A stretch of DNA of 64,000 bases, taken from contig NIVC01001931.1 in the NCBI GenBank assembly GCA_002269645.1, positions 26,292 through 90,291 of the forward strand, given 5' to 3'. A model generated the notes under the pieces. That model worked only from the letters and a program-made list of their open reading frames with translations. It had not been told where the DNA came from and made no database searches. How positions within the stretch are numbered: the stretch's first letter is position 1; each line of letters begins with the position of its first letter. The position numbers were made by a program, and so were the translations under genes. Below are positions 29,629-42,165 of this stretch, piece after piece. Origin of the DNA: Macrostomum lignano. Taxonomy: Eukaryota.

Positions 29629-30412
29629 ATCTAACTTCCCTGGCGTTAAAAAGGCCATTCATATTACATGTAGATCTCAAGATGGGGTCTAGCCTAGCTA
29701 CACTGCGACTGCATGCTGCATTGTACATGTCCTTGCATGTACATAGTAGCTGTCGAGTAACTGCTGCTAACATGTAGGTAAGTCGTTACTGATTAGTCAT
29801 GAAGCTACTGCAGCCTCTACTCAACGCGTCTCACTCATTCTCTTTAATTTTAGCTTTTAGTTTCTATAGCGCATGTAAATGATGTATCACATGTACTAAA
29901 AACACCGCTGTTCAGGTCATCAACATTTGACTGACAGTCTTCTACTGTGAGGCAACAGCAGTCAAATAGTTCACATTGATAGTCAAATGTTCATGTCAAT
30001 CTTTTGGCGATCCGGCCTAATTACCGTTTCATTTCAGAAGCTCGAATATACAGTGTCAGTAATATAGCATCAAGAACTTTATTTTACATGTCGAACAGCA
30101 AATTAGTTGCCAGCGCAATTTATTCATCTGCCTTCCAAATGCCTATTCGAATTAATAGCAGAAGACTAGCAATCTACGCCCCCCGTTGGGGAGCCAAATA
30201 AATGCAATACACGTTTTTTTAATAAGCTACATATATCCTTGAAATCTTAAAAAATCTCCTGTCAAACCTTGTAAGCCTTGACATGTCAGTAATTCCCCCC
30301 CCCCCACAAGCTTTGACATATCAACTTCCCCCCTTGACATCTCAGCAATGCCCCCAATAAGCCTTGGAAATCTAAAAATATCTGTCAACCTTCTAACCCT
30401 AGCCTAACCCTA

Positions 30413-32951
30413 CCCTAGATGAAATCGTCATGCCATTTCTTAGCAGATCTGTCTGGAGCTTCTCGCTACGTTCTTGCAAGAACGTAACAGATCTGCACTA
30501 TTTAAATATATAGGCAGAACTTACAAGATCTGCAGGAAGATCTTGCACGGTCTGCACGAGCAGATCTTAGGAGATCTGGGCAGATCTTGTAAGATGTATT
30601 AAGCTTTACCAATTGAATGCATTGTCCGTCTTATCAAATCTTCCAAGATCTGTTTAGTAATCCATTTATAAAACCCCAATGCACTAATTTAATTCCAATA
30701 AAGAACACGAGTTATGACAGGACTTTCTTATTTGATTCTGCACTTTTAGTATTGTGCTAGTAAGCTGCCAGAACAAAAGCAAATGTCATTGAACAATTAA
30801 AATAAAGTAGACATATTTATTTGTGAAAATGTAAACAAATACACATAAATGCTCATGAAATAAAACTTGTATGCACAAGGGAAATGGCACAAGCAAAAAA
30901 TAAGTCAACTTCAAAACAAAAGTTAAGCACACATTCAATAGAAAAAATACTAATGGTACAATGGACTAATAAAATTAGGGTGAGCAATACTTTTAGAAAC
31001 TAAAAAATAGAAGCAGAAACATTTGAAAAAAAACCAGGTGCATCTTTTACTACAATGTACAATTAAATTGGTTTGCAAATAATTGAAACTGAAAGAGTCC
31101 AGTACTGAAAGATTTTAAAGTCAATATTGCTAGAAAGCTTACTTTGTTATCAATAAAAGTAGGTCTATAAGAGCTCTTAGTAATACTTTAGGGCTCTTTA
31201 TCATGTTGCATTTTTACTTTAGGCTGGATTCATTTTTTCTTTTAGCAATCATAGGATGCTTGCCACTTTGCCATTTGGTATAAAGACAAGCTTGGAACCC
31301 ATAAGTAGCAATGCCATATTGACCATGTAAAGTAGCATGAATGAAAGGGAAAATTGTAGTAAAGTTCTGGGATTTTAAACATCAATATTCAATTCAAAAT
31401 AACTAAAACATAAAACAAATATCATTGTTATGTTTTTAAATAGTCAGAGTAATAACTTTTGTAAAAGTTCTTTGGTCTAATTAAATTTAGACCTGTTTTT
31501 CTTCTATTCTATATTTTTCATATTATTTATCTAGGCCTATCTAGTATAAATAATTTTAGATTTTGATATGCCTATCTATATTCTTCAAATAGTAGGTCAA
31601 GGCTTAAGATAACTTTCTAACAACCACAAGCCTATATTTAAGCATCCAGGTTTAATTCTAATTCAGAAAAACTATACCCTATATAGCAATTACAATTTTT
31701 AGTAGAGTAGGGCCTATATTATTTTAAAATTAAAATGATAAGCCTAGTTATAACACTATTTACTAAAAATAGACATTACACTCTTAACCTAAGTGTTTAA
31801 AATCAAGGAGGGATTAAAACCAAGTTTTACAGATATGTCAGTCTACCTATTTATAAATCTAGATAAGCATATATAAAACAAACAAAAACAGAATAGACCT
31901 ATTTAATTAAGATTTACTTACTAGCTAGGTCACTAGAACTAGCCTAGCCCTAGCCTAGGGGCTAGAACTAGGTATGTATATATAAATATAATATAATGAA
32001 ATGCAAGACTACAAAAATACTGATCTATGTATGTAACTGAATTTCTAAATTATTAATGGATTAATGAATTATTAATGGACATCACTAGGTCTAGACATGC
32101 ATTCTGTTTCTATTAAAGCATATAACAAAGTCATAGGCCTAGGCCTACTCATACTTATAGGCCTGGGAGTAGGAAACAAGCCTAGATATATATATGATAT
32201 AGATATATATATAGCATATCATACATTTTATAGTCAGTCTGTCAATTATGTCAAATTTTTTTAATTGATGACGCGATCTGCTCTTCATTTAAAGCCATAG
32301 CTATACTTAATCAAAAAAGTTATTATGGCTAAAAAAGTAAAAAATAGTGATACTACACTATGAAACAATTTAAGGAATTAAAAATTACGTATTCGGCAAA
32401 GTCAAAAGAAAGAACTGAGATTATTGCAAGAGCGAGAATTCAAACTATAAGGGTCCACTATGTTCAGAACTGCGGAAAGAATATTTAAACAAATTCATTT
32501 ACTGTTGGCTGCCAGAAGAACAACTAAAATAAATACAAATCATTAAAAAACGCAATTACTATTATGTTAAATATTTTGTGGAAAAAAACAATTCAGACAC
32601 TTTTCAAAACTGGTCTGTACAGATCTGCAAGAACTGATCTGACAAGATCCAGCAGAGAAATGTGAAAATATACGAAAGTCTTTTTTCTGATATACAGTTA
32701 GAAATTTTGTTTTCTCTTTACCTCATAAGTATTTTCTAAAAAATCACGAATGTTTTTTACGTATTAAACAATAAAAAATGGCTTGCAAAGATTTGTAAGA
32801 TCTTGTAAGACAAAAGCAGATACAGATCTGCTAAGAGATTTAAGTAAGAACAGATCTGTTAAGAATGTGTTAACCAAAGTTCACAGATCTGTTAAGAAAT
32901 TTAAGTAAGAACAGATCTGCCAAGAATGAGTAAACAGAACTTCATCTAGGG
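30413..32951 (-). mobile_element. Non-autonomous CMC-type DNA transposon, copy 2, 2539 bp, inverted relative to copy 1 and inserted inside Helitron unit A
   Basis: Reverse complement of 26915-29484 with scattered substitutions and indels. Same TIRs; 2-bp TSD TA at 30411-30412 and 32952-32953. Confidence 0.8.
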
Positions 32952-32996
32952 TAACCCTAACCCTAGCCCTAACCCTAACCCTAACCCTAACCTAAC
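32952..32996. repeat. Telomere-like (TAACCC)n tract, continuing from 30394-30412 across the CMC insertion
   Basis: TAACCCTAGCCTAACCCTA|insertion|TAACCCTAACCCTAGCCCTAACCCTAACCCTAACCCTAACC. Confidence 0.7.
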
Positions 32997-33828
32997 ATTG
33001 AAATTTCAGTAATTCTCTCTAAGAGTCACTATAGCACTACTACAGCATTATAGCGATTTCCTGCAAGCCTCGACATCGTAGGGATTCCCAAATGAATCTC
33101 TTAACTTCGACATGAAGCTTCTTTTATTTTTTACATTACGCTTTTTTTATCAGCGATCCCTCCCCTGAGGAGGCATCAAATAATGTAATAAAAAGTTTTC
33201 AATAAACTACATGTAGCTTCTGACTTTAGCCTTGAAATCTCATTTATACCCCGTGAGCCTTGACATCTCAGCTATTCCCCCGTAAGCCTTAACATGTCAG
33301 CGATGGCCTCCATAAACCTTGAAATCTAAAAAATCCCCTGTTATTCTGTTAACCTTGAAACCCGATAAAATATAACCCTCAACCCACACCTGACCTAAAC
33401 CTAACTTTAACCCAACCTAAAGCCTTGAAATCTCAGCAATTCTTCTCCCCTAAGCCTTGACATTTTAGTGATTCCTTCTTTAAGAATCACAGCACTATAA
33501 CGATATCCACCAAGCTTTGACATCGTAGCAATTCCCAAATGAATCTTTTAACTTGAACATGACTTTTCTTTTATGTATAGCTCGTACATACGCTCGTAGT
33601 GCTACTTTTATTTTTTACATGACTCTTCTTCTATAAGCGCCTCCCGTGGCGAGCCAACAAAGAATGCAATAAAAAAATTGAGTAAAGTACATGAACTTTG
33701 AAGTAGCTTCTGACTTTTGCTTTGACATCTCAGAAACCCCCCCCCCCGTAATCTCAGCAGTTATTCTCTGAGAGCCTTTACGTCTCAGTTTTTCTCCCCA
33801 GCACAGCATTATAGCTGCATTTAATTTT

Positions 33829-36195
33829 TGATTTTTATGATTTTCTATGATTTTTAAATGACGCTTCTACGATTTTTACATGACGCTTCTATGATTTTTT
33901 ACATGACGCTTCTATGATTTTTTACATGACGCTTCTATGATTGTTTACATGACGCTTCTATGATTTTTTAAATGACGCTTCTATGATTGTTTACATGACG
34001 CTTCTATGATTGTTTACATGACGCTTCTATGATTTTTTACATGACGCTTCTATGATTGTTTACATGACGCTTCTATGATTGTTTACATGACGCTTCTATG
34101 ATTGTTTACATGACGCTTCTATGATTCTTTACGTGACGCTTTTATGATTTTCACATGACGCTTCTATGATTTTTTAAATGACGCATCTATGATTTTTATA
34201 TGACGCTTCTATGATTTTTTTAAATGACGCTTCTATGATTGTTTACATGATGCTTCTTTGATTTTTTAAATGACGCATCTATGATTTTTTTACATGACGC
34301 TTCTATGATTCTTTACATGACGCTTCTATGATTGTTTACATGACGCTACTATGATTTTTTTACATGATGCTTCTATGATTGTTTACATGACGCTTCTATG
34401 ATTGTTTACATGACGCTTCTATGATTTTTTCATGACGCTTCTGTGATTGTTTACATGACGCTTCTATGATTGTATACATGATTCTTTTATGATTGCTTAC
34501 ATGACGCTTCTATGATTGTTTACATGACGCTTCTATGATTGTTTACATGACGCTTCTATGATTGCTTACATGACGCTTCTATGATTGTTTACATGACTCT
34601 TCTATGATTTTTTACATGACGCTTCTATGGTTGTTTACATGACGCTTCTATGATTTTTACATGACGCTTCTATGATTTTTTATATGACGCTTCTATGATT
34701 TTTTTAAATGATGCATCTATGATTTTTATATGACGCTTCTACGATTTTTTACATGACGCTTCTATGATTGTTTACATGACGCTTCCATAATTTTTTAAAT
34801 GACGCATCTATGATTTTTGCATGACGCTTCTATGATTTTTTAAATGACGCTTCTACGATTTTTTACATGACGCTTCTATGATTGTTTCATGACGCTTCTA
34901 TGATTGTTTACATGACGCTTCTATGATTGTTTACATGACGCTTCTATGATTTTTTTACATGACGCTTCTATAATTGTTTACATGACGCTTCTATGATTTT
35001 TTACATGACGCTTCTATGATTGTTTACATGACGCTTCTATGATTGTTTACATGACGCTTCTATGATTCTTTACGTGACGCTTCTATGATTTTTATATGAT
35101 GCTTCTATGATTTTTTAAATGACGCTTCTATGATTGTTTACATGATGCTTCTATGGTTTTTTAAATGACGCATCTATGATTTTTATATGATGCTTCTATG
35201 ATTTTTTAAATGAAGCATCTATGATTTTTATATGACGCTTCTATAATTTTTTATATGACGCTTCTACGATTTTTTACATGACGCTACTATGATTTTTACA
35301 TGACGCTTCTTTTTAAAAAGTCTTTTAGTTTTCCTGACGTTGAAAAGCTTTAATTAAAAAAATTATACTCTATGAAAATTCGAACCATCGTCGCTGCATT
35401 TAGCAGTTCAGTCTGTTCACCTCTAGGCATCTATGATGCATCTATGATTTTTATATGACGCTTCTATGATTGTTTACATGACGCTTCTATGATTGTTTAC
35501 ATGACGCTTCCATGATTTTTTAAATGACGCATCTATGATTTTTGCATGACGCTTCTATGATTTTTTAAATGACGCTTCTACGATTTTTTACATGACGCTT
35601 CTATGATTGTTTACATGACGCTTCTATGATTGTTTACATGACGCTTCTATGATTGTTTACATGACGCTTCTATGATTTTTTTACATGACGCTTCTATAAT
35701 TGTTTACATGACGCTTCTATGATTTTTTACATGACGCTTCTATGATTGTTTACATGACGCTTCTATGATTGTTTACATGACGCTTCTATGATTCTTTACG
35801 TGACGCTTCTATGATTTTCACATGACGCTTCTATGATTGTTTACATGACGCTTCCATGATTTTTTAAATGACGCATCTATGATTTTTATATGACGCTTCT
35901 ATGATTTTTTTAAATGACGCTTCTATGATTGTTTACATGATGCTTCTATGATTTTTTAAATGACGCATCTATGATTTTTATATGATGCTTCTATGATTTT
36001 TTAAATGACGCTTCTATGATTGTTTACATGATGCTTCTATGGTTTTTTAAATGACGCATCTATGATTTTTATATGATGCTTCTATGATTTTTTAAATGAC
36101 GCATCTATGATTTTTATATGACGCTTCTATAATTTTTTATATGACGCTTCTACGATTTTTTACATGACGCTACTATGATTTTTACATGACGCTTC
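33829..36195. repeat. 23-bp satellite type A (GACGCTTCTATGATTGTTTACAT), interrupted by a duplicated tRNA-like segment at about 35309-35428
   Basis: Direct inspection. Confidence 0.95.
35365..35428 (-). pseudogene. tRNA-derived Pol III cassette, 5'-truncated duplicate in unit A
   Basis: Minus strand GCCTAGAGGTGAACAGACTGAACTGCTAAATGCAGCGACGATGGTTCGAATTTTC followed by T7. Confidence 0.55.
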
Positions 36196-36251
36196 TTTTT
36201 AAAAAGTCTTTTAGTTTTCCTGACGTTGAAAAGCTTTAATTAAAAAAATTA

Positions 36252-36323
36252 TACTCTATGAAAATTCGAACCATCGTCGCTGCATTTAGCAGTTCAGTCT
36301 GTTCACCTCTAGGCTAGTTCTCA
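36252..36323 (-). pseudogene. tRNA(Ser-GCT)-derived Pol III cassette, unit A
   Basis: A-box-like TAGCCTAGAGG, CTGCTAA anticodon-loop-like heptamer, B-box-like GGTTCGAAT and downstream TTTTTTT. No acceptor-stem pairing. Confidence 0.6.
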
Positions 36324-36782
36324 TCTTTTTGATAACATCAAATTTTGCACTTATATATATATATATAATTCAACAGTTTAAAATCCAAGCATAGAGTAAA
36401 TCACACGAAGCAGTTATGACATAATCAGTTTCTCAGTCAGTCAGTATCAGTTAACAATATGGTTACGCAATTTAAATCAAGTCTGGTGCTACGCTTCCAC
36501 ACTGCATTTTCAATTCAAGTCGGAGTTACAATTCAGTGATGATGCAATCTATTTCAGAACCAGAATTCAACCAGTCAGTTTTTTCTCTAGCATTCTTACA
36601 ATGCATTTCAAGTCGAAAAGTTTGCTTGACCTTTGCAAAAAAGCATGTTTTTCGAATATTTAATGCCTTTAGCATCGAGCAATTTCTTAGCCGCGATGCA
36701 TGTACAGTCACGGGAAAATTTCTGATCGAACAGTGCAAGTTTGAACAAAATCGGTCCAGCCATTTTTTCTCTAATCGATCAC

Positions 36783-36815
<33 letters not shown>

Positions 36816-36861
36816 CACAGACAGACCATTTTTAGTATATAGGATTTCTCTAATCGATCAC

Positions 36862-36894
<33 letters not shown>

Positions 36895-37069
36895 CACAGA
36901 CAGACCATTTTTAGTATATAGGACTAGCAATCTTCGCCCCCCGATGGGGGACATCTGGATAGAATCTCTGTTCTCTACAAGTAACAAAAAAACAGCTAAA
37001 AATCCTTCAAAAAGACAACAGACAAACTGCTCAAATGAAGTGCATTGCAAAAAGAAATCATCCCAAGAC

Positions 37070-37512
37070 TGCAAGCATCCCCCAGATAGCAAGCATCCCC
37101 AAGATAGCAAGCATCCCCAGATAGCAAGCATCCCCCAGATAGCAAGCATCCCCCGGATAGCAAGCATCCCCAGAAAGCAAGCATCCCCCAGATAGCAAGC
37201 ATCCCTCAGATAGCAAGCATCCCCCAGATAGCAAGCATCCCCCAGATAGCAAGCATCCCCCAGATAGCAAGCATCCCTCAGATAGCAAGCATCCCCCAGA
37301 TAGCAAGCATCCCCAAGATAGCAAGCATCCCCTAGATAGCAAGCATCCCCCAGATAGCAGGCATCCCCTAGATAGCAAGCATCCCCAGATAGCAGGCATC
37401 CCCCAGATAGCAAGCATCCCCCAGATAGCAAGCATCCCCCAGATAGCAAGCATCCCCAAGATAGCAAGCATCCCCAAGATAGATAGCATCCCCAAATAGT
37501 AAGCATCCACCA
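37070..37512. repeat. 17-19-bp minisatellite (CCCCAGATAGCAAGCATC), unit B
   Basis: Direct inspection; source of the GGCLLS/GDACYL ORFs. Confidence 0.95.
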
Positions 37513-37599
37513 GACAATAAGTAGCTAGTGCGACAATTTCCTTAGCATTATAGCGGCTCCTTTAAAATTCGCTTACTTTTACGTTTGAAATTGTGTATC

Positions 37600-40500
37600 T
37601 TTTATGTTTAACAAGGTGGCTCTTTTATGTTATACATTGTGGCTCTTTTATGTTATACATTGTGGCTCTTTTTTGTTCTACGCTCGTACATGGTAACTCT
37701 TTTATGTTTGATACGGTGGCTTTTCAATGTCTGACATGGTGGCTCTTCTATGTTTGACATGGGGGCTCCTCTTTGTTTGACATGGGGGCTCTTCTATGTT
37801 TGACATGGGAGCTCTTCTATGTTTGACAAAGTGGCTTTTTAATGTTTGACATGGTGGCTCTATTATGTTTGACATGGTGGCTCTATTATGTTTGACATGG
37901 TGGCTCTTTAATGTTCAAAAAGGTGGCTCTTTTATGTTTGACATGGTGGCTCTTTAATGTTTGACATGGTGGCTCTTTAATGTTTGACATGGTGGCTCTT
38001 TAATGTTAGACAAAGTAGCTCTTTAATGTTTGACATGATGGCTCTTAAATGTTAGACATGGTGGCTCTTTACTTTTTGACATGGTGGCTCTTTAATGTTG
38101 GACATGGTGGCTTTTTAATGTTAGACATGGTGGCTCTTTAATGTTCGACATAAAGTCACTTATATGTTTGACATGGTGGCTCTTTAATGTTTGACATGGT
38201 AGCTCTTTTATGTTCGACATGGTGGCTCTTTTATGTTCGAAATGGTGTCGCTTCAATGTTTGACATGGAGTTACGTATATGTTTTACATGGTGGCTCTTT
38301 TATGTTCGACATGGTGGCTCTTTAATGTTTGACATGGGGTCTCTTCAATGTTTGACATGGAGTTACGTATATGTTTGACATGGTGGCTCTTTAATGTTTT
38401 ACATGGTGGCACTTTCATGTTTGACCTGGAGGCTCTTTAATATTTGACATGGTGGCTCTTTTATGTTTGACATGGTGGCTCTTTTATCTTTGACATGGTG
38501 GCTCTGTAATGTTCGACATGGAGTCATGTATATGTTTCACATGGTAGCTCTTAAATGTTCGACATGGTGGCTCTTTAATGTTCAACATGGAGTCATGTAT
38601 ATGTTTGACATGGTGGCTCTTAAATGTTCGACATAGTGGCTCTATAATGTTTGATATGGTGGCTCTTCAATGTTTGACATGGTGGCTCTTTAATGATCGA
38701 CATGGCGTCATGTATATGTTTGACATGGTAGCTCTTGAATGTTCAACATGGAGTCATGTATATGTTTTACATGGTGGCTCTTAAATGTTCGACATGGTGG
38801 CTCTTTAATGTTTGACATAGTGTCTCTTTAATGTTTGACATGGAGTCATGTATATGTTTGCCATGGTGGCTCTTTAATGTTAGACATGGTGGCTCTTTTA
38901 TGTTTTGCATGGTGGCTCTTTTATGTTCGACATGGTGTCTCTTCAATGTTTGACATGGCGTCATGTATATGTTTTACATGGATGCTCTTGTATTTTTAAC
39001 ATGTTGACTCTTTAATGTTCGAAATGGTGGCTCTTAATTGCCTAACATGGAGTCACGTATATGTTTGACATGGAGTCATGCATATGCCTGATATGGTAGC
39101 TCTTTAATGTTTTACATGGAGTCACGTATATGTTTCACATGTTGGCTATTTTATGTTTGACATGGTGGTTCTTAAATGTTCGACATGGTGGCTCTTTAAT
39201 GTTTTACATGGTGGCACTTTCATGTTTGACCTGGTGGCTCTTTAATGTTTAACATGGTGGCTCTTTAATATTTGACATGGTGGCCCTTTTATGTTCGACA
39301 TGGTGGCTCTTCAATGTTTGACATGGAGTCATGTATATGTTTGACCTGGTGGCTCTTTAATGTTTGACATGGTGGCTCTTTAATGTTTTACATGGTGGCA
39401 CTTTCATGTTTGACCTGGTGGCTCTTTAATGTTCGACATGGTCGCTCTTTAATGTTCGACATGGTGGCCCTTTAATGTTCGACATGGTGTCGCTTCAATG
39501 TTTGACATGGAGTTACGTATATGTTTTACATGGTGGCTCTTTTATGTTCGACATGGCGTCATGTATATGTTTGACATGGTAGCTCTTGAATGTTCAACAT
39601 GGAGTCATGTATATGTTTGACATGGTAGCTCTTGAATGTTCAACATGGAGTCATGTATATGTTTGACATGGTGGCTCTTAAATGTTCGACATGGTGGCTC
39701 TTTAATGTTTGACATGGAGTCATGTATATGTTTGACATGGTAGCTCTTGAGTGTTCGACATAGAGTCATGTATATGTTTGCCATGGTGGCTCTTTAATGT
39801 TAGACATGGTGGCTCTTTTATGTTTTGCATGGTGGCTCTTTTATGTTCGACATGGTGTCTCTTCAATGTTTGACATGGAGTCATGTATATGTTTGACATG
39901 GTGGCTCTTGCATTTTTAACATGTTGGCTCTTTAATGTTCGACATGGTGGCTCTTTAATGTCTAACATGGAGTCATGTATATGTTTGACATGGAGTCATG
40001 TATATGTCTGATATGGTAGCTCTTTAATGTTTTACATGGAGTCACGTATATGTTTCACATGGTGGCTATTTTATGTTTGACTTGGTGGTTCTTAAATGTT
40101 CGACATGGTGGCTCTTTAATGTGTTACATGGTGGCACTTTCATGTTTGACCTGGTGGCTCTTTAATGTTTTACATATAGTGTCTCTTTAATGTTTGACAT
40201 GGAGTCATGTATATGTTTGACATGGTAGCTCTTGAATGTTCGACATAGAGTCATGTATATGTTTGCCATGGTGGCTCTTTAATGTTAGACATGGTGGCAC
40301 TTTCATGTTTGACCTGGTGGCTCTTTAATGTTTGACATGGTGGCTCTTTAATATTTGACATGGTGGCCCTTTAATATTTGACATGGTGGCCCTTTAATGT
40401 TCGACATGGTGGCTCTTCAATGTTCGACATGGAGTCATGTATATGTTTGACCTGGTTGCTCTTTAATGTTTGACATTGTGGCTCTTTAATGTTCGACATG

Positions 40501-40845
40501 GTGGCTCTTTTAGGTTTGAAATGGTGGCTCTTAAATGTTTGACATGGTGGCTTTTTAATGTTCGACATGGTGGCTCTTTTATGTTCGACATGGCGTCATG
40601 TATATGTTTCACATGGTAGCTCTTGAATGTTCAACATGGAGTCATGTATATGTTGGACATGGTGGCTCTTTAATGTTCGACATGGTGGATCTTTAATGGT
40701 CGACATGGTGGCTCTTTAATGTTCGACATGGTAGCTCTTTAATGTTCGACATGGTGTCTCTTTAATGGTCGACATGGTGGCTCTTTAATGGTCGACATGG
40801 TGGCTCTTTAATGTTTGACATGGTGGCTCTTTAATGTTTGACATT
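37600..40845. repeat. 23-bp satellite type B (GACATGGTGGCTCTTTAATGTTY), unit B
   Basis: Direct inspection; several sub-variants, for example GGAGTCATGTATATGTTT. Confidence 0.95.
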
Positions 40846-40904
40846 GTGCTTTTTTGTGTTTAGCATTTTGTGTTTTTAAGGTTTTTAAATAAAAAAATCT
40901 TTTT

Positions 40905-40974
40905 GCACTACTAAGATTCGAACCCAGATCGCTGCATTAGCAGTCCAGTCTGTTCGCATCTATGCTATCTCTTT
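40905..40974 (-). pseudogene. tRNA(Ser-GCT)-derived Pol III cassette, unit B
   Basis: Minus strand TAGCATAGATGCGAACAGA-CTGGA-CTGCTAA-TGCAG-CGAT-CTGGG-TTCGAAT-CTTAG-TAGTG followed by T7. GGACTGCTAAT resembles the eukaryotic tRNA-Ser(GCT) anticodon arm; acceptor stem and long variable arm are missing. Confidence 0.65.
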
Positions 40975-41593
40975 TCAATTGGAGTACATGAAGTGTGGCC
41001 CTTATAATTAAATTCTTATAGCAAATCGGTTAGAGTAAAAAGTTATGACATAATCAATTTCTCAGTCAGCCAGTATCAGTGTCAATTCAAGTTAGCAATA
41101 TTGTTACGCAATTTAAATCAAGTTTTGTGTGCATTTGTTCGGCACTGTTTTCAACTGGTTGTGATGTAATCTTTATCACAATTGGAATTCAGTCAGTCAG
41201 TTTTTTCTCTAGCATTCTTACAATGCATTTCAGGTCGAAAGAGCTGCTTGACCTTTGCAAAAAAGCATGTTTTTCGAATATTTAATCCCTTTAATATTGA
41301 GCAATTTCTTAGCCAAGATGCATGTACCGTCCCAGGAAAATTTCTGATCGAATGGTGCAAGTTTGAAGAAAATCGGTTGAGCCATTTTTTCTGAAATCTA
41401 TCGCATACCTACCCACATACAGACAACTCATTTTTAGTATATAGGACTAGCAATCTTCGCCCCCGATGGGGACATCTAGATAGAATCTCTGTTCTCTACA
41501 AGTATCAATAAGATGGCCAAACAAAGCCTTCACATAGTCAATAGAAAAACTGCTCAGATGAAGTGCAACGCGAAAAGAAAACATCCTTAGACA

Positions 41594-42165
41594 GCAAGCA
41601 TCCTCCCAGATAGCAAGCACCTCCAGATAGCAAGCATCCCCCCAGATAGCAGGCACCCCCCAGATAGCAAGCATCCCCCCAGATAGCAAGCACCCCCCAG
41701 ATAGCAGGCACCCCCCAGATAGCAAGCATCCCCCAGATAGCAAGCACCCCAGATAGCAAGCACCCCCCAGATAGCAGGCACCCCCAGATAGCAAGCATCC
41801 CCCAGATAGCAAGCACCCCAGATAGCAAGCACCCCCAGATAGCAAGCACCCCCAGATAGCAAGCACCCCAGATAGCAAGCACCCCCAGATAGCAAGCACC
41901 CCCAGATAGCAAGCACCCCCAGATAGCAAGCACCCCAGATAGCAAGCACCCCAGATAGCAAGCACCCCCAGATAGCAAGCACCCCAGATAGCAGGCACCC
42001 CAGATAGCAGGCACCCCCAGATAGCAGGCACCCCCAGATAGCAGGCACCCCCAGATAGCAGGCTCTCCCAGATAGCAAGCACCCCCAGATAGCAAGCACC
42101 ACCAGATAGCAAGCACCCCCAGATAGCAGGCTCTCCCAGATAGCAAGCACCCCCAGATAGCAGGC
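41594..42165. repeat. 17-19-bp minisatellite (CCCCAGATAGCAAGCAC), unit C
   Basis: Direct inspection. Confidence 0.95.

Larger units (their letters stand above)
30166..36923 (-). mobile_element. Non-autonomous Helitron unit A (divergent, carries the GACGCTTCTATGATTGTTTACAT satellite and the CMC insertion)
   Basis: Minus strand 5' end TCCTATATACTAAAAA at 36923 (terminal 79 bp duplicated). 3' end has hairpin CTCCCC-AAC-GGGGGG then GATTGCTAG|T at 30166. Shares about 500 bp of 5' body with units B-D. Confidence 0.75.
36924..41446 (-). mobile_element. Non-autonomous Helitron unit B (4523 bp)
   Basis: 5' TCCTATATACTAAAAA at 41446; 3' hairpin TCCCCC-ATC-GGGGGG plus CTAG at 36924; perfect CTAG|TC junctions with its neighbours. 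Confidence 0.8.

Noticed and set aside
26915-32951. Assembly fold-back artefact as the cause of the large inverted repeat
   Set aside because: The arms differ by substitutions and indels, and each has its own TIR pair and a different TSD.
32952-32996. True telomere or chromosome-fusion relic
   Set aside because: Very short, imperfect, and internal to a Helitron that has further TAACC-like tracts near 33375-33420.
40905-40974. Functional tRNA-Ser(GCT) genes
   Set aside because: No acceptor-stem pairing, weak D-arm, no long variable arm, and anticodon arm mutated in other copies; kept only as a tRNA-derived cassette.
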